A DNA stretch of 64,000 nucleotides from Deltaproteobacteria bacterium. GTDB lineage: Bacteria > Desulfobacterota > Binatia > UBA9968. Where the stretch lies: positions 13,684 through 77,683 of the forward strand of contig JACPSE010000006.1 in the NCBI GenBank assembly GCA_016193465.1. The letters are read 5' to 3'. Shown one piece after another: positions 52,910 to 63,598 of this stretch. The notes beneath the pieces are model-generated. The model was not told the DNA's origin and did not search any database. It worked only from the letters and a program-made list of their open reading frames with translations. Within the stretch, counting starts at the first letter, position 1. The number at the start of each line of letters is the position of its first letter. The position numbers and the translations under genes were made by a program.

Positions 52910-53368
52910 CTAGCGACCAACTGCCTTGAGCAATTTCTGTCCTGTCCGGGCCGTAACCGCCGCGCCGGCTTTGTGTTTGTCGCCTCTAGGAGTTAAGCGA
53001 TAGATCTTCGCCTTGGGCCGCTGTGCCAGTTGCTTCTCTTTCCAACGCACGAGTCCCTGCCGCACATAACGAGGATCCAACCCCAAGAGCTCGCAGATGT
53101 TCTCAAAAGAAAACAGCCAGTCGCTGCCCTCCTCTAAGATCCATTCCTCAGCCTCTCGAAACAGCGTTCTGCCCTTGCTGTCCCGAGCAAACAGATACTT
53201 CTGAAAACAGGCTATCGCATCTTCCAGCACCGCCAACAGCAGCCTCTTCTCTGGCTCTAAATGTGCTTTGCGCCGGAAGGTCTCCAGATACTGAGCAGGC
53301 AGAAGCGTGTCCGGCTGAAACAAACACGCCACCCTCTCTTCTATACTGAGTCCTGTTTCATAAGTCAT
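52910..53368 (-). CDS. Conserved-looking hypothetical protein
   Basis: 152 aa; LFQPD.LLP.QY...PEKRL.LAVLEDAI.CFQ...AEEW...FSFENIC..LGLDP.Y.R; plausible composition. Confidence 0.8.
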   Translation of the reverse strand: MTYETGLSIEERVACLFQPDTLLPAQYLETFRRKAHLEPEKRLLLAVLEDAIACFQKYLFARDSKGRTLFREAEEWILEEGSDWLFSFENICELLGLDPRYVRQGLVRWKEKQLAQRPKAKIYRLTPRGDKHKAGAAVTARTGQKLLKAVGR

Positions 53369-53430
53369 AAAATCACCTCCCTATCGGGTGCGGCCTGCAC
53401 GAGGTTGGACGTTCCAAGGGACGATTCCAT

Positions 53431-53886
53431 TCATGCCGCACTCGAAAGAGAAGAGGAAGCCGCCAGCGCCGGGCGAGGGAACCGCCGCAAATCCGCTAAA
53501 GTAGTGCGCGTAAAAACCTCGACTATCTTATACTGGATCTCGCTCCATACCCCTGACATGGCGCATTGAGAAAAATGACCGCAGCTCAAGTGCTGATCCA
53601 TACAGACATTGATAGCGATAGGACCCTCGATCGCCTCAATGACGTCCTGAAACGAAATTTCGTCAGGCGCCCTCGTTAGCGTGTAGCCCCCGTCCGGGCC
53701 TCGTTTGGATTTGACCAGTCCGCTATGGATCAAATGCTGGATGATCTTCTCCAAAAACTTCCGCGGAATCCCCTGATGCCGCGCGATCTCCGCAAGGGAG
53801 CAGCTTCTGTCCGGATCCTGAGCGGAAAGATAGATCGCGGCGCGCAGGCCATAATCGACCCTCCGAGGGATCTGCATAACACCCAT
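53431..53886 (-). CDS. Rrf2 family Fe-S transcriptional regulator (IscR-like)
   Basis: DYGLRA, FLEKI, S.RGPDGGY and C-x6-C-x5-C Fe-S ligands. Confidence 0.92.
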   Translation of the reverse strand: MGVMQIPRRVDYGLRAAIYLSAQDPDRSCSLAEIARHQGIPRKFLEKIIQHLIHSGLVKSKRGPDGGYTLTRAPDEISFQDVIEAIEGPIAINVCMDQHLSCGHFSQCAMSGVWSEIQYKIVEVFTRTTLADLRRFPRPALAASSSLSSAA

Positions 53887-53891
53887 AGTTT

Positions 53892-55118
53892 TTACCTCCT
53901 CGCCCCGATCCGGTCTCCTGCGTCGTAAGTGCCACGCCGATCCTTCTGCCGATCAGCGAGCTTACCCAGAGCGGAAAGCCCCTGGAGACGCTCAACGATC
54001 AAGGGCACCTTTTCACTGACAAAGCCAATTTCTTCCTCGGTATTATAACGGCTCAAGCTGAAACGCACGGCGCCTTGGATCCAGTCGGGGGGCACCCCCA
54101 TGGCCCGAAGCACATGGGAAGGCTCCACCGACCCTGCGCTACAGGCGGACCCGGTCGAGGCGCAAATGCCGTATTGGTCAAGCAAAACCAGTATCGCCTC
54201 CCCTTCTAGAAACTTAAAACTCACATTCAACGTATTAGGAATACGTTTTTCTCGATGACCGTTGATCCGCGCACCAGGACAGGCATCGAGCAGAAACTTT
54301 TCCAGTCGATCACGCAATGCCCGCACTCGAGCCCCTTCCTCTCCCAGGCGCTTGCCGGCAACCTCTGCGGCCTTGCCCATCCCGACAATACCCGCGACGT
54401 TTTCGGTCCCGCCTCTGCGGTTGCGCTCCTGGTGTCCGCCAATCATGAAGGGACGAAACGTTATCCCCCTCCTGACGTAAAGAGCCCCCACTCCCTTAGG
54501 CCCATGAAATTTATGGCCCGATATCGTTAGCAGATCGACCGGGCTCCCCTTGAGATCTAGAGGAATCTTTCCTGCTACTTGCACCGCATCCACGTGGAGC
54601 GGGATCCCTTTGGCCTTGACTATTTCGCCGATGGCTTCAATCGGAAAAATCACCCCGGTCTCGTTATTGGCATACATGATCGAGACGAGTGCCGTATCCT
54701 CCGTCAGCGCCTCCCTCAACTGGTCCAGATCCAGCATCCCCTCGCCGTCGACTCCGAGCCAAGTCACCCGGTAGCCCTTCTTCCCCAAATGCTGGCAAAG
54801 GGCCGTGACAGCAGGGTGCTCGACTTGAGTGGTCACGATATGGCGTTTGTCGGGGCTGGTTTCCAAAATCCCCCGAATCGCCGCGTTGTCCCCCTCGGTG
54901 CCGCAGCTTGTAAATACAATCTCAACCGGATCCGACGCGCCCAGAAGAGCCGCCACCTGTTCTCTCGCTTCCTGAATCTTGCGGGCCACCTGGCTCCCGA
55001 AACGATGGATGCTGGAAGGATTGCCATAGAATTCCGCCAAATAAGGTTGCATGGCCTCTCGCGCCTCGGGCGCGAGACGCGTAGTGGCGTTGTTATCGAA
55101 GTAGATCACGGAATCCAT
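53892..55118 (-). CDS. nifS: Cysteine desulfurase, NifS-type
   Basis: YFDNNATT, GNPSS, SGHKFHGPKG and STGSACSAGS motifs. Confidence 0.92.
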   Translation of the reverse strand: MDSVIYFDNNATTRLAPEAREAMQPYLAEFYGNPSSIHRFGSQVARKIQEAREQVAALLGASDPVEIVFTSCGTEGDNAAIRGILETSPDKRHIVTTQVEHPAVTALCQHLGKKGYRVTWLGVDGEGMLDLDQLREALTEDTALVSIMYANNETGVIFPIEAIGEIVKAKGIPLHVDAVQVAGKIPLDLKGSPVDLLTISGHKFHGPKGVGALYVRRGITFRPFMIGGHQERNRRGGTENVAGIVGMGKAAEVAGKRLGEEGARVRALRDRLEKFLLDACPGARINGHREKRIPNTLNVSFKFLEGEAILVLLDQYGICASTGSACSAGSVEPSHVLRAMGVPPDWIQGAVRFSLSRYNTEEEIGFVSEKVPLIVERLQGLSALGKLADRQKDRRGTYDAGDRIGARR

Positions 55119-55124
55119 AGAAAT

Positions 55125-55229
55125 TAGCTTTCAGCTATCAGCCATTTATAAACGTCTCAAGCGTCTTGAACGCCTTGAACGGCTTAAACTTGTTAAACGG
55201 TTCAAATCGTTCAAAATGTTCAAACCGTT
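55125..55229. repeat. 9-bp-period inverted repeat (TTGAACG / CGTTCAA units) with adjacent TCAGC units
   Basis: CGTCTTGAACGCCTTGAACGGCTTAAAC...CGGTTCAAATCGTTCAAAATGTTCAAACCGTT, between sufB and nifS. Confidence 0.75.
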
Positions 55230-56688
55230 ACCCTACGCTGCCCTCCAGACTCACGCCCAGGAGCTTTTGCGCTTCGACGGCAAACTCCATCGGCAACTCG
55301 CGAAACACCTGCTTGCAAAAGCCGCTCACGATCATGGTAACCGCATCCTCAGCCGATATCCCGCGCTGCCGGCAGTAAAAAAGCTGATCCTCGCCGATCT
55401 TGGAGGTCGAGGCCTCGTGCTCCACCTGCGATGAGTTGTTCATCACCTCGAGGTAGGGAAAGGTATGCGCGCCGCACTGATCGCCCAGCAGCAACGAGTC
55501 GCACTGCGAGTAGTTGCGCGCGTCGGTCGCGCCCTTCATGATCTTCACCAGCCCGCGATAGGTATTCTGTCCGTGGCCTGCGGAGATCCCCTTCGAGATG
55601 ATGGTGCTCTTGGTATTCTTCCCGATGTGGATCATCTTGGTGCCGGTGTCTGCCTGCTGATAATTGTTCGTGAGAGCTACCGAATAAAACTCCCCCACCG
55701 AGTTTTCTCCCAGCAGGATGCAGCTCGGATATTTCCAGGTGATTGCCGAGCCGGTCTCGACCTGCGTCCAGGAGATCTTCGAGTTCTTTCCAAGACACTT
55801 GCCCCGCTTGGTGACAAAGTTATAGATGCCGCCTTTGCCCTCCTTGTCGCCGGGATACCAGTTTTGGACGGTGGAGTACTTGATCTGGGCATGGTCTTGG
55901 GCAACCAACTCTACCACCGCCGCGTGCAACTGATTGGTGTCGCGCATCGGCGCCGTACACCCCTCCAGGTAGCCCACGTAACTGCCTTCATCGGCGACGA
56001 TCAACGTGCGCTCAAACTGGCCGGTCTCAGCGGCATTGATGCGGAAGTACGTCGACAGCTCCATCGGACAGCGCACCCCTTTGGGAATGTAACAGAAGGA
56101 GCCATCGCTGAAGACCGCGGAGTTCAGCGTCGCGAAGAAGTTGTCGGTGTACGGCACGACCGAACCCAGATACTTCCGGACCAGCTCCGGGTGATTATGC
56201 ACCGCCTCGGAAAAGGAACAAAAGATGATTCCCAGTTCGGCAAGCTTTTCCTTAAAGGTCGTCGCCACCGAGACGCTATCGAAAACCGCGTCCACCGCCA
56301 CCCCGGCGAGCAGCTCCTGCTCCTTAAGAGGAATCCCCAGCCTGTCGTAGGTCGCGAGCAGCTCCGGATCCACTTCCGCTAAGCTCTCGGGCCGCTGAGA
56401 CTTCGTCTTCGGCGCGGCATAGTAGATGATCTTCTGGTAATCAATCGGCGGAAAATGGACATTGGCCCATTTGGGCTCTGCGTCCGACTGCTGCAATTTC
56501 TCCCAGTGTCGGTAGGCCTTCAGGCGCCAGTCCAGCATCCATTCAGGCTCCTTCTTCTTAGCCGAGATCATGCGGATGACCTCTTCGCTCAGTCCGGGAG
56601 GAATGGACTCCTCCTCGACCGCAGTGACGAAGCCATACTTGTATTCGCGGTTTGCCAGCTCTTCTACTGGATTCGCTGCCGAGCTCAT
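55228..56688 (-). CDS. sufB: Fe-S cluster assembly scaffold SufB
   Basis: [46 protein letters not shown] and [10 protein letters not shown] motifs. Confidence 0.97.
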   Translation of the reverse strand: MSSAANPVEELANREYKYGFVTAVEEESIPPGLSEEVIRMISAKKKEPEWMLDWRLKAYRHWEKLQQSDAEPKWANVHFPPIDYQKIIYYAAPKTKSQRPESLAEVDPELLATYDRLGIPLKEQELLAGVAVDAVFDSVSVATTFKEKLAELGIIFCSFSEAVHNHPELVRKYLGSVVPYTDNFFATLNSAVFSDGSFCYIPKGVRCPMELSTYFRINAAETGQFERTLIVADEGSYVGYLEGCTAPMRDTNQLHAAVVELVAQDHAQIKYSTVQNWYPGDKEGKGGIYNFVTKRGKCLGKNSKISWTQVETGSAITWKYPSCILLGENSVGEFYSVALTNNYQQADTGTKMIHIGKNTKSTIISKGISAGHGQNTYRGLVKIMKGATDARNYSQCDSLLLGDQCGAHTFPYLEVMNNSSQVEHEASTSKIGEDQLFYCRQRGISAEDAVTMIVSGFCKQVFRELPMEFAVEAQKLLGVSLEGSVG

Positions 56689-56744
56689 TACCTTGCCTTT
56701 CCTATGCTGCTTTTACCTCGCATCAAAACCAAATCTGCTCCTAG

Positions 56745-57074
56745 CTAGACCGTAAAGGAGGTGCCACAGCCACAGGAGCGCTTCACATTGGGGTTCTGAA
56801 AGACAAACCCCGATTCCATCAGCCCCTCTTTATAGTCAAGCTCGGTGCCGTTTACATAAAGCAGGCTCTTCATATCCACCAACACTTTGGCCCCCTCTTT
56901 CTCGAAGACCCGATCGCCGGCCCGTTCCGCATCAAGGTCGAACTTGTACTGCAGGCCCGAACAGCCGCCTCCCACAACTTTAAGACGCAATCCCTGCCCC
57001 TCCCGACTCTCAGCCGCAAGGATCTCCCTGATTTTTTTAGCAGCGCGATCGGTAAGGATTACTCCTGTTGTCAT
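56745..57074 (-). CDS. iscA: A-type Fe-S carrier (IscA/HesB family)
   Basis: GGGCSG and SCGCGTSF motifs. Confidence 0.93.
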   Translation of the reverse strand: MTTGVILTDRAAKKIREILAAESREGQGLRLKVVGGGCSGLQYKFDLDAERAGDRVFEKEGAKVLVDMKSLLYVNGTELDYKEGLMESGFVFQNPNVKRSCGCGTSFTV

Positions 57075-57102
57075 AGTTCATACCTCCCAAAACTACGCAG
57101 GA

Positions 57103-58335
57103 CTAGGAAACCCGGTCCTGAGCCTTAAGTTCGCCTTGCTGTCTTCCACGCAAATCCGCCTTGGCCAGCCCGTAGAGCGGAGAGAGCTGGCGCAACCGCG
57201 TTACCTCCTCTTTAACCCGTTGGATGGCGTAGTCCACCTCCTCATCGGTATTGAAGCGTCCCACGCCGAAGCGGATCGCGGTGTGGGCTAAATCCTCTCG
57301 AACCCCCAGAGCGCGAAGCACATACGAAGGCTCCAGCGAAGTCGAAGTACAGGCTGAGCCCGAGGAGAGCGCAATCTCTTTTAGGCCCATCATCAACGAT
57401 TCTCCCTCCACATAGGCGAAACTAACGTTCAAATTTCCCGGAAGGCGCTCGGTGGGGTGGCCGTTGATATAGACTTCATCGAGTTGGCGCAGAATTCCGT
57501 CCTTGAGTCGCTCTCTTAGCTCGGTCAGGCGCGCTGCCTCTTCAGGCAGCTCTTGCTGGGCGATCTGGCAGGCCTTTCCCAGCCCGACGATACCCGGCAC
57601 ATTGAGCGTGCCAGAGCGCATACCCCTTTCATGACCACCCCCATCAATAATCGGGTGCAGTCGGACCTTCGGCCTCTTCGAGCGGACATAAAGAGCCCCA
57701 ACTCCTTTGGGGCCATAAATCTTGTGCGCCGACATCGAGAGCAGATCGATGCCCATCTCCTCCACGTCCATAGGGATTTTCCCGACTCCTTGAGTCGCAT
57801 CACAGTGAAAGATAACCCCTTTCTCCTTAGCCACCCGGCCGATCTCTTGCACCGGCTGTATGGTTCCAATCTCGTTATTGGCTGCCATGATGGAGATGAG
57901 AATCGTCTTGTCCGTAAGTGCCTGGCGGAGCTGCCCGACATCAACCAACCCAAAGGGGTTCACCCGGAGATAAGTAACCTGGCACCCTTTCCGTTCCAAA
58001 GCCTTACAGCTATCCAGCACCGCTCTGTGCTCGGTAACGCACGTAATAATATGATTCCCTTTTTCCTTATAAGCTTCAGCTACCCCTTTAATCGCCAGGT
58101 TATCCGACTCCGTAGCTCCGCCAGTAAAAATGACCTCTCTTGCAGATGCGGCATGAATGAGCTGCGCGATCTGCTCCCGTGCCTCATCCACCGCCGCTTC
58201 AGCCTCCCAGCCAAAAGCATGATTACGGCTGGCTGCATTGCCAAACTTTTCACTAAAGTAGGGCAGCATCGCCTCCAGCACCCTCGGATCGACGGGCGTG
58301 GTAGCGAGGTTATCCATATAAACAGGAATTTTCAT
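57103..58335 (-). CDS. iscS: Cysteine desulfurase IscS
   Basis: [36 protein letters not shown] and C-terminal LRQLSPL motifs. Confidence 0.96.
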   Translation of the reverse strand: MKIPVYMDNLATTPVDPRVLEAMLPYFSEKFGNAASRNHAFGWEAEAAVDEAREQIAQLIHAASAREVIFTGGATESDNLAIKGVAEAYKEKGNHIITCVTEHRAVLDSCKALERKGCQVTYLRVNPFGLVDVGQLRQALTDKTILISIMAANNEIGTIQPVQEIGRVAKEKGVIFHCDATQGVGKIPMDVEEMGIDLLSMSAHKIYGPKGVGALYVRSKRPKVRLHPIIDGGGHERGMRSGTLNVPGIVGLGKACQIAQQELPEEAARLTELRERLKDGILRQLDEVYINGHPTERLPGNLNVSFAYVEGESLMMGLKEIALSSGSACTSTSLEPSYVLRALGVREDLAHTAIRFGVGRFNTDEEVDYAIQRVKEEVTRLRQLSPLYGLAKADLRGRQQGELKAQDRVS

Positions 58336-58401
58336 TCTCTGGGCTCCCTACAGCTTGGCGCCTCCCTCCCTACCCGGGCATGGGATATCCTTAACTAAGC
58401 C

Positions 58402-58426
58402 AATCCAGACTGAAACAGTCTGGATT
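58402..58426. promoter_or_regulatory. IscR type-1-like operator (perfect 11-3-11 palindrome)
   Basis: AATCCAGACTG-AAA-CAGTCTGGATT; the core matches the IscR type-1 GACTRwwwYAGTC consensus. Confidence 0.85.
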
Positions 58427-58427
58427 A

Positions 58428-58456
58428 AAGTTACCCAAAATATTTGCCCCTGTCAA
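58428..58456 (-). promoter_or_regulatory. sigma70 promoter of the iscS operon
   Basis: Minus strand TTGACA (58456-58451), 17 bp spacer, TAACTT (58433-58428), immediately followed by the operator. Confidence 0.8.
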
Positions 58457-58539
58457 GGGCAATTTCGCTCTTCGTCAAAAAGTGCGGTTCCTCGGGAGTC
58501 AACCTACCGGCTCAAGTCAGTAGGTCGGCGCTTCGGGAC

Positions 58540-58592
58540 TTAAACGATTTCAATGGCTTGGACCGTTCCAATCGTTCAAAACGTTCAAAAGC
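58540..58592. repeat. 9-bp-period repeat (CGTTCAA units)
   Basis: TAAACGATTTCAATGGCTTGGACCGTTCCAATCGTTCAAAACGTTCAAAAG; same family as 55125-55229. Confidence 0.65.
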
Positions 58593-58599
58593 AGCGTTT

Positions 58600-61143
58600 C
58601 TAAGCCGCCTTAGATTTTAATACCCCTTTAAGAAATTGACCAGTATAAGAACCCCTTACCAAAGAGACCTCTTCTGGAGTGCCACAGGCGACAATCTCTC
58701 CACCCAATTCACCCCCTTCCGGCCCCAAGTCCACAACATAGTCAGCCGATTTGATGACATCCAGGTTATGCTCGATCATTACGACAGTATTGCCTGCATC
58801 TATGAGACGACCGAGAACCTCCAAAAGTTTCCTGATGTCATCAAAGTGGAGCCCGGTGGTTGGCTCGTCAAGGATGTACAGCGCGCGTCCGCTCGATCTT
58901 TTGCTCAACTCGCGAGCCAGCTTTATCCGCTGGGCCTCGCCGCCGGACAGAGTCGGCGCGGCCTGACCGAGATGGAGATAGCCGAGACCGACATCCCTCA
59001 GGGTCTCGAGCTTGTCACGGATGGCGGGAAAGTTTCCCATGAGTTCGAGTCCTTGAATTACGGTCAGATCCAGAATAGCGGCGACGCTTCGCCCCTTGTA
59101 GAGGACCTCTAAGGTCTCGCGGTTATAGCGCAGGCCGGCGCAAACCTCGCAGGTCACGAAGAGATCCGGGAGAAAATGCATCTCGATTTTGATGACGCCG
59201 TCTCCTTCACACGCCTCACAGCGCCCCCCTTTGAGGTTGAACGAGAACCTTGCCGGTTTGTATCCTCTCACGCGTGCCTCCGGAAGCTGGGCAAAAATCT
59301 CCCGAACATGGCTAAATAATCCGGTGTAAGTGGCCGGGTTGGAGCGTGGGGTGCGGCCAATGGGGCTCTGATCGATAATGATCACCCTGGCGAAATTCTC
59401 CCACCCCAGGATCTTTTCGAACAACCCGACTCTCCCGTCACTCGAGCCATTCAGACGTTCAGCCATCGCCCGCCACATGGTATCTACCACAAGGCTGCTC
59501 TTGCCCGAACCAGAAACGCCGGTGACACAAGTCATGGCGCCGATGGGAAATTCTACGGTAATGCCCTTAAGGTTGTTCTGCCTCGCTCCTTTTAAAACCA
59601 GCGCCTTTCCGCTTCCGCTGCGACGCTGGACAGGCAGAGGAATCTCCGCCCGCCCGGCCAGGTACTGTCCGGTGAGGGAGCGTCCTTCGCTCATCACATC
59701 ATGCGGTGTTCCCTGTGCCACCACAGCGCCGCCACTGACTCCCGCCCCCGGTCCCATATCGATGACGTGGTCCGCCGCCAAAATCGTGTCACGATCGTGT
59801 TCTACAACCAGCACGGTATTTCCCAGATCTCTCAGTTGTTGCAGGATGGCCAGGAGCCGGGCGTTATCTCTTTGATGGAGGCCGATGCTCGGCTCGTCCA
59901 GAATGTAAAGGACGCCGACCAGACTTGAGCCGATCTGCGTCGCCAGACGAATCCTCTGCGCCTCCCCTCCGGAAAGGGTTGCCGAGGGCCGATCCAGGGT
60001 TAAGTAGTCGAGACCAACCTCTACCATGAAGTCCAAGCGGCTCTTGATCTCTTTGAGGATCCTTTGCGCGATAGCGCCCTCCTGCGGACTAAACTGGAGC
60101 CCGGCAATAAACCCGGTGCTCTCCCTGATTGCCATCGAGGTTACTTCCGCGATGCTCTTTCCAGCAATCTTCACGTGAAGGCTCTCTCTTCTCAGGCGCG
60201 CGCCATGGCACCGCTTACAGGGACAAAGCCTCGAAAGCTGTCCAGGATCCTCGGCTCGCGAGCTACCATGCTCCTCGCTGCCCAGTCCTCCGCACGCGGG
60301 ACAGGCCCCGTGGGGGCTGTTGAAAGAGAAGAGCCGGGGAGTCAACTCAGGCAAGGAGACGCCGCAGTAGACGCAGGCATATTTTTGGCTGAAGATCATT
60401 CCTTCGCTTTTGCCATCCTCTCCCTCGGGAAAAACCTCTACCTTGATCACTTCGTTGCCATAACGGGAGGCTATCTCGAGCGAGTCCGCCAGCCGTTTTT
60501 CTATGCCTTCCCGGAGCACGACACGATCCACGATCAGATCGATGTCATGAGACTGGCTCTTGCTGAGCGCGATTTCCTTTCCCAGCTCGTATTGCCTGCC
60601 ATCGATCCGAACCCGAGAAAAACCAGCCTGGGCAAGCTCTCGGAGTTCGCGTCGGAACTCGCCTTTCCGCCCGGATGCAATCGGGGCCAGGATATAGAGC
60701 TGCGTTTGTCGGGGGAGAGCGAGCAGTCGGTCCACGATCTGCTGAACGGTCTGGGCGGAGATCTCTCTGCCGCACTGATAGCACTCGGCTCTACCGACCC
60801 GGGCAAACAGGAGCCTCAGATAGTCGTAGATCTCCGTGACCGTGCCCACTGTGGAGCGAGGGTTGTGACCGGCGCTCTTCTGCTCGATGGAAATGGCCGG
60901 TGATAGCCCTTCGATGGAGTCCACATCAGGCCGCTCCATCTGCTCCAAAAACTGCCGCGCATAGGCGGAAAGTGACTCGACATAGCGCCGCTGGCCCTCG
61001 GCGTAGAGGGTATCAAAGGCGAGCGACGATTTTCCCGAACCGGAAACGCCGGTGATGACAACGAGTTGATCGCGCGGGATCTCGAGGTCTACATTCTTGA
61101 GGTTATGCTCCCGCGCCCCTTTAATGACGATCTTGCCCGGCAT
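58600..61143 (-). CDS. uvrA: Excinuclease ABC subunit A lacking the insertion domain
   Basis: GAREHNLKN, two Walker A motifs (GVSGSGKSS), two LSGGEAQR signatures and Zn fingers; only about 20 aa between CPACGGLG and CKRC; 847 aa. Confidence 0.95.
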   Translation of the reverse strand: MPGKIVIKGAREHNLKNVDLEIPRDQLVVITGVSGSGKSSLAFDTLYAEGQRRYVESLSAYARQFLEQMERPDVDSIEGLSPAISIEQKSAGHNPRSTVGTVTEIYDYLRLLFARVGRAECYQCGREISAQTVQQIVDRLLALPRQTQLYILAPIASGRKGEFRRELRELAQAGFSRVRIDGRQYELGKEIALSKSQSHDIDLIVDRVVLREGIEKRLADSLEIASRYGNEVIKVEVFPEGEDGKSEGMIFSQKYACVYCGVSLPELTPRLFSFNSPHGACPACGGLGSEEHGSSRAEDPGQLSRLCPCKRCHGARLRRESLHVKIAGKSIAEVTSMAIRESTGFIAGLQFSPQEGAIAQRILKEIKSRLDFMVEVGLDYLTLDRPSATLSGGEAQRIRLATQIGSSLVGVLYILDEPSIGLHQRDNARLLAILQQLRDLGNTVLVVEHDRDTILAADHVIDMGPGAGVSGGAVVAQGTPHDVMSEGRSLTGQYLAGRAEIPLPVQRRSGSGKALVLKGARQNNLKGITVEFPIGAMTCVTGVSGSGKSSLVVDTMWRAMAERLNGSSDGRVGLFEKILGWENFARVIIIDQSPIGRTPRSNPATYTGLFSHVREIFAQLPEARVRGYKPARFSFNLKGGRCEACEGDGVIKIEMHFLPDLFVTCEVCAGLRYNRETLEVLYKGRSVAAILDLTVIQGLELMGNFPAIRDKLETLRDVGLGYLHLGQAAPTLSGGEAQRIKLARELSKRSSGRALYILDEPTTGLHFDDIRKLLEVLGRLIDAGNTVVMIEHNLDVIKSADYVVDLGPEGGELGGEIVACGTPEEVSLVRGSYTGQFLKGVLKSKAA

Positions 61144-61150
61144 TTCTGCC

Positions 61151-62506
61151 TTACACGTTTTGCAGTTCCTTCAGTTTGCCCTCGACGATATTGCGATACT
61201 CTTTCAGCTTCTCGGCGCTTTCGGCCTCGAAGCGCAGAACCAGGGCGGGCTGTGTGTTCGAGGCGCGAATGAGTCCCCAACCTTTGGGGAATTGGATGCG
61301 CACCCCATCCACATCGATAATCGGGTAGTGTTTGCGGAAGAACTCCTTGGCCTTTTCTGCCACATGGAATTTCCTCTCGTCAGGACACTCCACGCGGATC
61401 TCCGGGGTCGAGAAGCTCTTGGGAACATCCGCGAGAAGCGTTGAGAGCGGGCGGTCCGTGCCGGCCAAAAGCTCCAAAAGACGGACCGATGCGTAGATGG
61501 CATCGTCGTAGCCAAAATAGCGGTCGGCAAAAAACATATGTCCACTCATCTCTCCGGCCAAAAGGGCATGGGTCTCTTTCATCTTCGCCTTGAGCAGCGA
61601 ATGGCCCGCCTTCCACATGATGGGCACGCCTCCATGGAGCGATATATCGTCAAACAATCTCTGGGAACACTTCACTTCCGAGATAACGACAGCTCCGGGG
61701 TGGCGCTTGAGAACATCGCGCGCAAAAAGGATCAAGAGCTCATCTCCCCAAAGGATATTACCCTGCTCGTCCACAACCCCAATGCGGTCGCCATCGCCGT
61801 CATAGGCAATCCCCACATCCGCCTTTTCTTTTTCGACCTCGCGAATGAGATCTGCGAGGTTCTCCGGAACCGTAGGATCCGGATGATGTATTGGAAAGGC
61901 CGCATCCGGGATACAGGCGAGCTCCCGAACCGTGCATGCTATCCGACGGAGGATCGGCGGGGCCACGGGACCTGCCACCCCGCTGCCGGCATCGACAACG
62001 ACTTTGAGAGACTTGGCGAGCGCCGGGACATCCCGCAGCAAACACTCCTCGTAAGGCGGGATGATGGAATAATTTTCTCGTTTTCCTCCCGTCCTCTCCC
62101 TAAAATCCCCTTTCTCCATCCTGATCCTGAGGTCTTGAATCTGCGAACCGTAGAGCGTCTCCTTGCCGACGCAGACCTTGAAGCCGTTGTACTCCGACGG
62201 ATTGTGACTGGCGGTAATTTGTACCCCTCCGTCTAAATCGAGATGAAAAAGGGCAAAATAAAGAAGAGGAGTAGGACAAACCCCGATATCGTAGACCTTA
62301 AGCCCGGCAGAGAGAAGTCCCTCCATCACCGCCTCCGCATAGCCATCGGATGTGAAGCGGCAATCCCGTCCCACAGCGACTCGTCTCCCTCCGTTCTCAG
62401 CGACGATGGTTCCGTGAACCTCGCCGAGACGCCGCGCAAAATCCTCATCAAAGTCCTTTTCCGCCAAGCCACGAATGTCATACTCGCGAAAAATCGTTGG
62501 ATTCAT
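61151..62506 (-). CDS. Phosphomannomutase/phosphoglucomutase
   Basis: [27 protein letters not shown] and RASNTQP motifs; ATGA overlap with pdxA. Confidence 0.96.
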   Translation of the reverse strand: MNPTIFREYDIRGLAEKDFDEDFARRLGEVHGTIVAENGGRRVAVGRDCRFTSDGYAEAVMEGLLSAGLKVYDIGVCPTPLLYFALFHLDLDGGVQITASHNPSEYNGFKVCVGKETLYGSQIQDLRIRMEKGDFRERTGGKRENYSIIPPYEECLLRDVPALAKSLKVVVDAGSGVAGPVAPPILRRIACTVRELACIPDAAFPIHHPDPTVPENLADLIREVEKEKADVGIAYDGDGDRIGVVDEQGNILWGDELLILFARDVLKRHPGAVVISEVKCSQRLFDDISLHGGVPIMWKAGHSLLKAKMKETHALLAGEMSGHMFFADRYFGYDDAIYASVRLLELLAGTDRPLSTLLADVPKSFSTPEIRVECPDERKFHVAEKAKEFFRKHYPIIDVDGVRIQFPKGWGLIRASNTQPALVLRFEAESAEKLKEYRNIVEGKLKELQNV

Positions 62507-63525
62507 GCCCTCCTCCACCCCCTTTTCCGCCGTGCCAACTCTGCCGCCAGGAGGATCGCCTCTCTCATGCTGGAGCTGTCGGCTTGATGCTTTCCCGCAA
62601 TGTCGTACGCCGTTCCATGATCCACGGATGTTCGAATAATCGGCAGGCCGAGCGTCAGCGCACACGCTCCGAAAAAATGGAGCAGCTTGAGAGGGATCAG
62701 CCCCTGATCATGATACATGCAGACAACCGCGTCGTAGTCTCCGCGCGCAGCTTGATAAAAAAGGCTGTCTGCCGGCAAAGGGCCTTGGACACGCATCCCC
62801 TCTGCTTTGGCCTCCCGAACCGCCGGAAGAATAACTTTCTCTTCCTCCGGCCCGAAGATGCCCCCTTCCCCGGCATGGGGATTGAGGGCCGCTACCGCCA
62901 GCCTCGGGCGATAGATGCCAAAATAGTTCTGTAGCGCTTGATACGTCAGCTCCAGAGTAATTTGAATCCGCTTGCGCGTGAGCACGCGGCTAACCTGAAC
63001 CAAAGGGAGATGGACGGTAACCAGAACAACCCTCAAGCCCTTTCCCAAAAGCATCATCCGCACCTCGCGCGTGTGCGTCAGCTCAGCGAGCAGTTCCGTG
63101 TGGCCCGGATAACGATAGCCAGCAAGCTGGAGGATCCTCTTACTAATAGGAGCTGTGGTCATTGCATCGGCCACCTGTGCCACGGCCAGTTCCGTGGCTG
63201 CTTTAATATAGCGGTAAGCAGCCCCGCCACAGGCCCTCGTGGGATGTCCTGGCCTGGACTGCGTAGGCGAGAGAGAAGAGAGGCAGTAGAGTGGCACCGT
63301 ACCGGCGTTTTGAGCCACCGGTTGCCCCCCCTCCCACGGCACGATTTTCGGATAGCCGGGCCTCCGGTCCCGAGTTCGATGAAGAACCCCCCAGTCACCT
63401 AAAACCAGAGGATGGCACACTTTCCTAATCGCAGGGTGGGCCAGGGCTTTGAGGACCACCTCCGGTCCCACTCCCGCAGGATCGCCCATGGTCACAGCCA
63501 CAATGGGTTTGGCCATTTTTACCAC
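62503..63525 (-). CDS. pdxA: 4-hydroxythreonine-4-phosphate dehydrogenase
   Basis: TMGDPAGVGPE, GHTE, NPHAGE, MYHDQG and RTSVDHGTA motifs. Confidence 0.97.
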   Translation of the reverse strand: MVKMAKPIVAVTMGDPAGVGPEVVLKALAHPAIRKVCHPLVLGDWGVLHRTRDRRPGYPKIVPWEGGQPVAQNAGTVPLYCLSSLSPTQSRPGHPTRACGGAAYRYIKAATELAVAQVADAMTTAPISKRILQLAGYRYPGHTELLAELTHTREVRMMLLGKGLRVVLVTVHLPLVQVSRVLTRKRIQITLELTYQALQNYFGIYRPRLAVAALNPHAGEGGIFGPEEEKVILPAVREAKAEGMRVQGPLPADSLFYQAARGDYDAVVCMYHDQGLIPLKLLHFFGACALTLGLPIIRTSVDHGTAYDIAGKHQADSSSMREAILLAAELARRKRGWRRA

Positions 63526-63598
63526 TAAAATTCTCTAAGAAGCCTTTTTGGGCAATTATCCCAGATGAGTGCCGGGAGACAAGAGATTAAGAACTGGC

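Noticed and set aside
55465-56382. 305-aa plus-strand ORF (likewise 57553-58398 and 60064-60903)
   Set aside because: Antisense shadows of sufB, iscS and uvrA, which are expected in GC-rich coding DNA.
4284-58592. Short periodic repeats as a CRISPR array
   Set aside because: There are no identical 25-40 bp repeats with unique spacers, and no cas genes.
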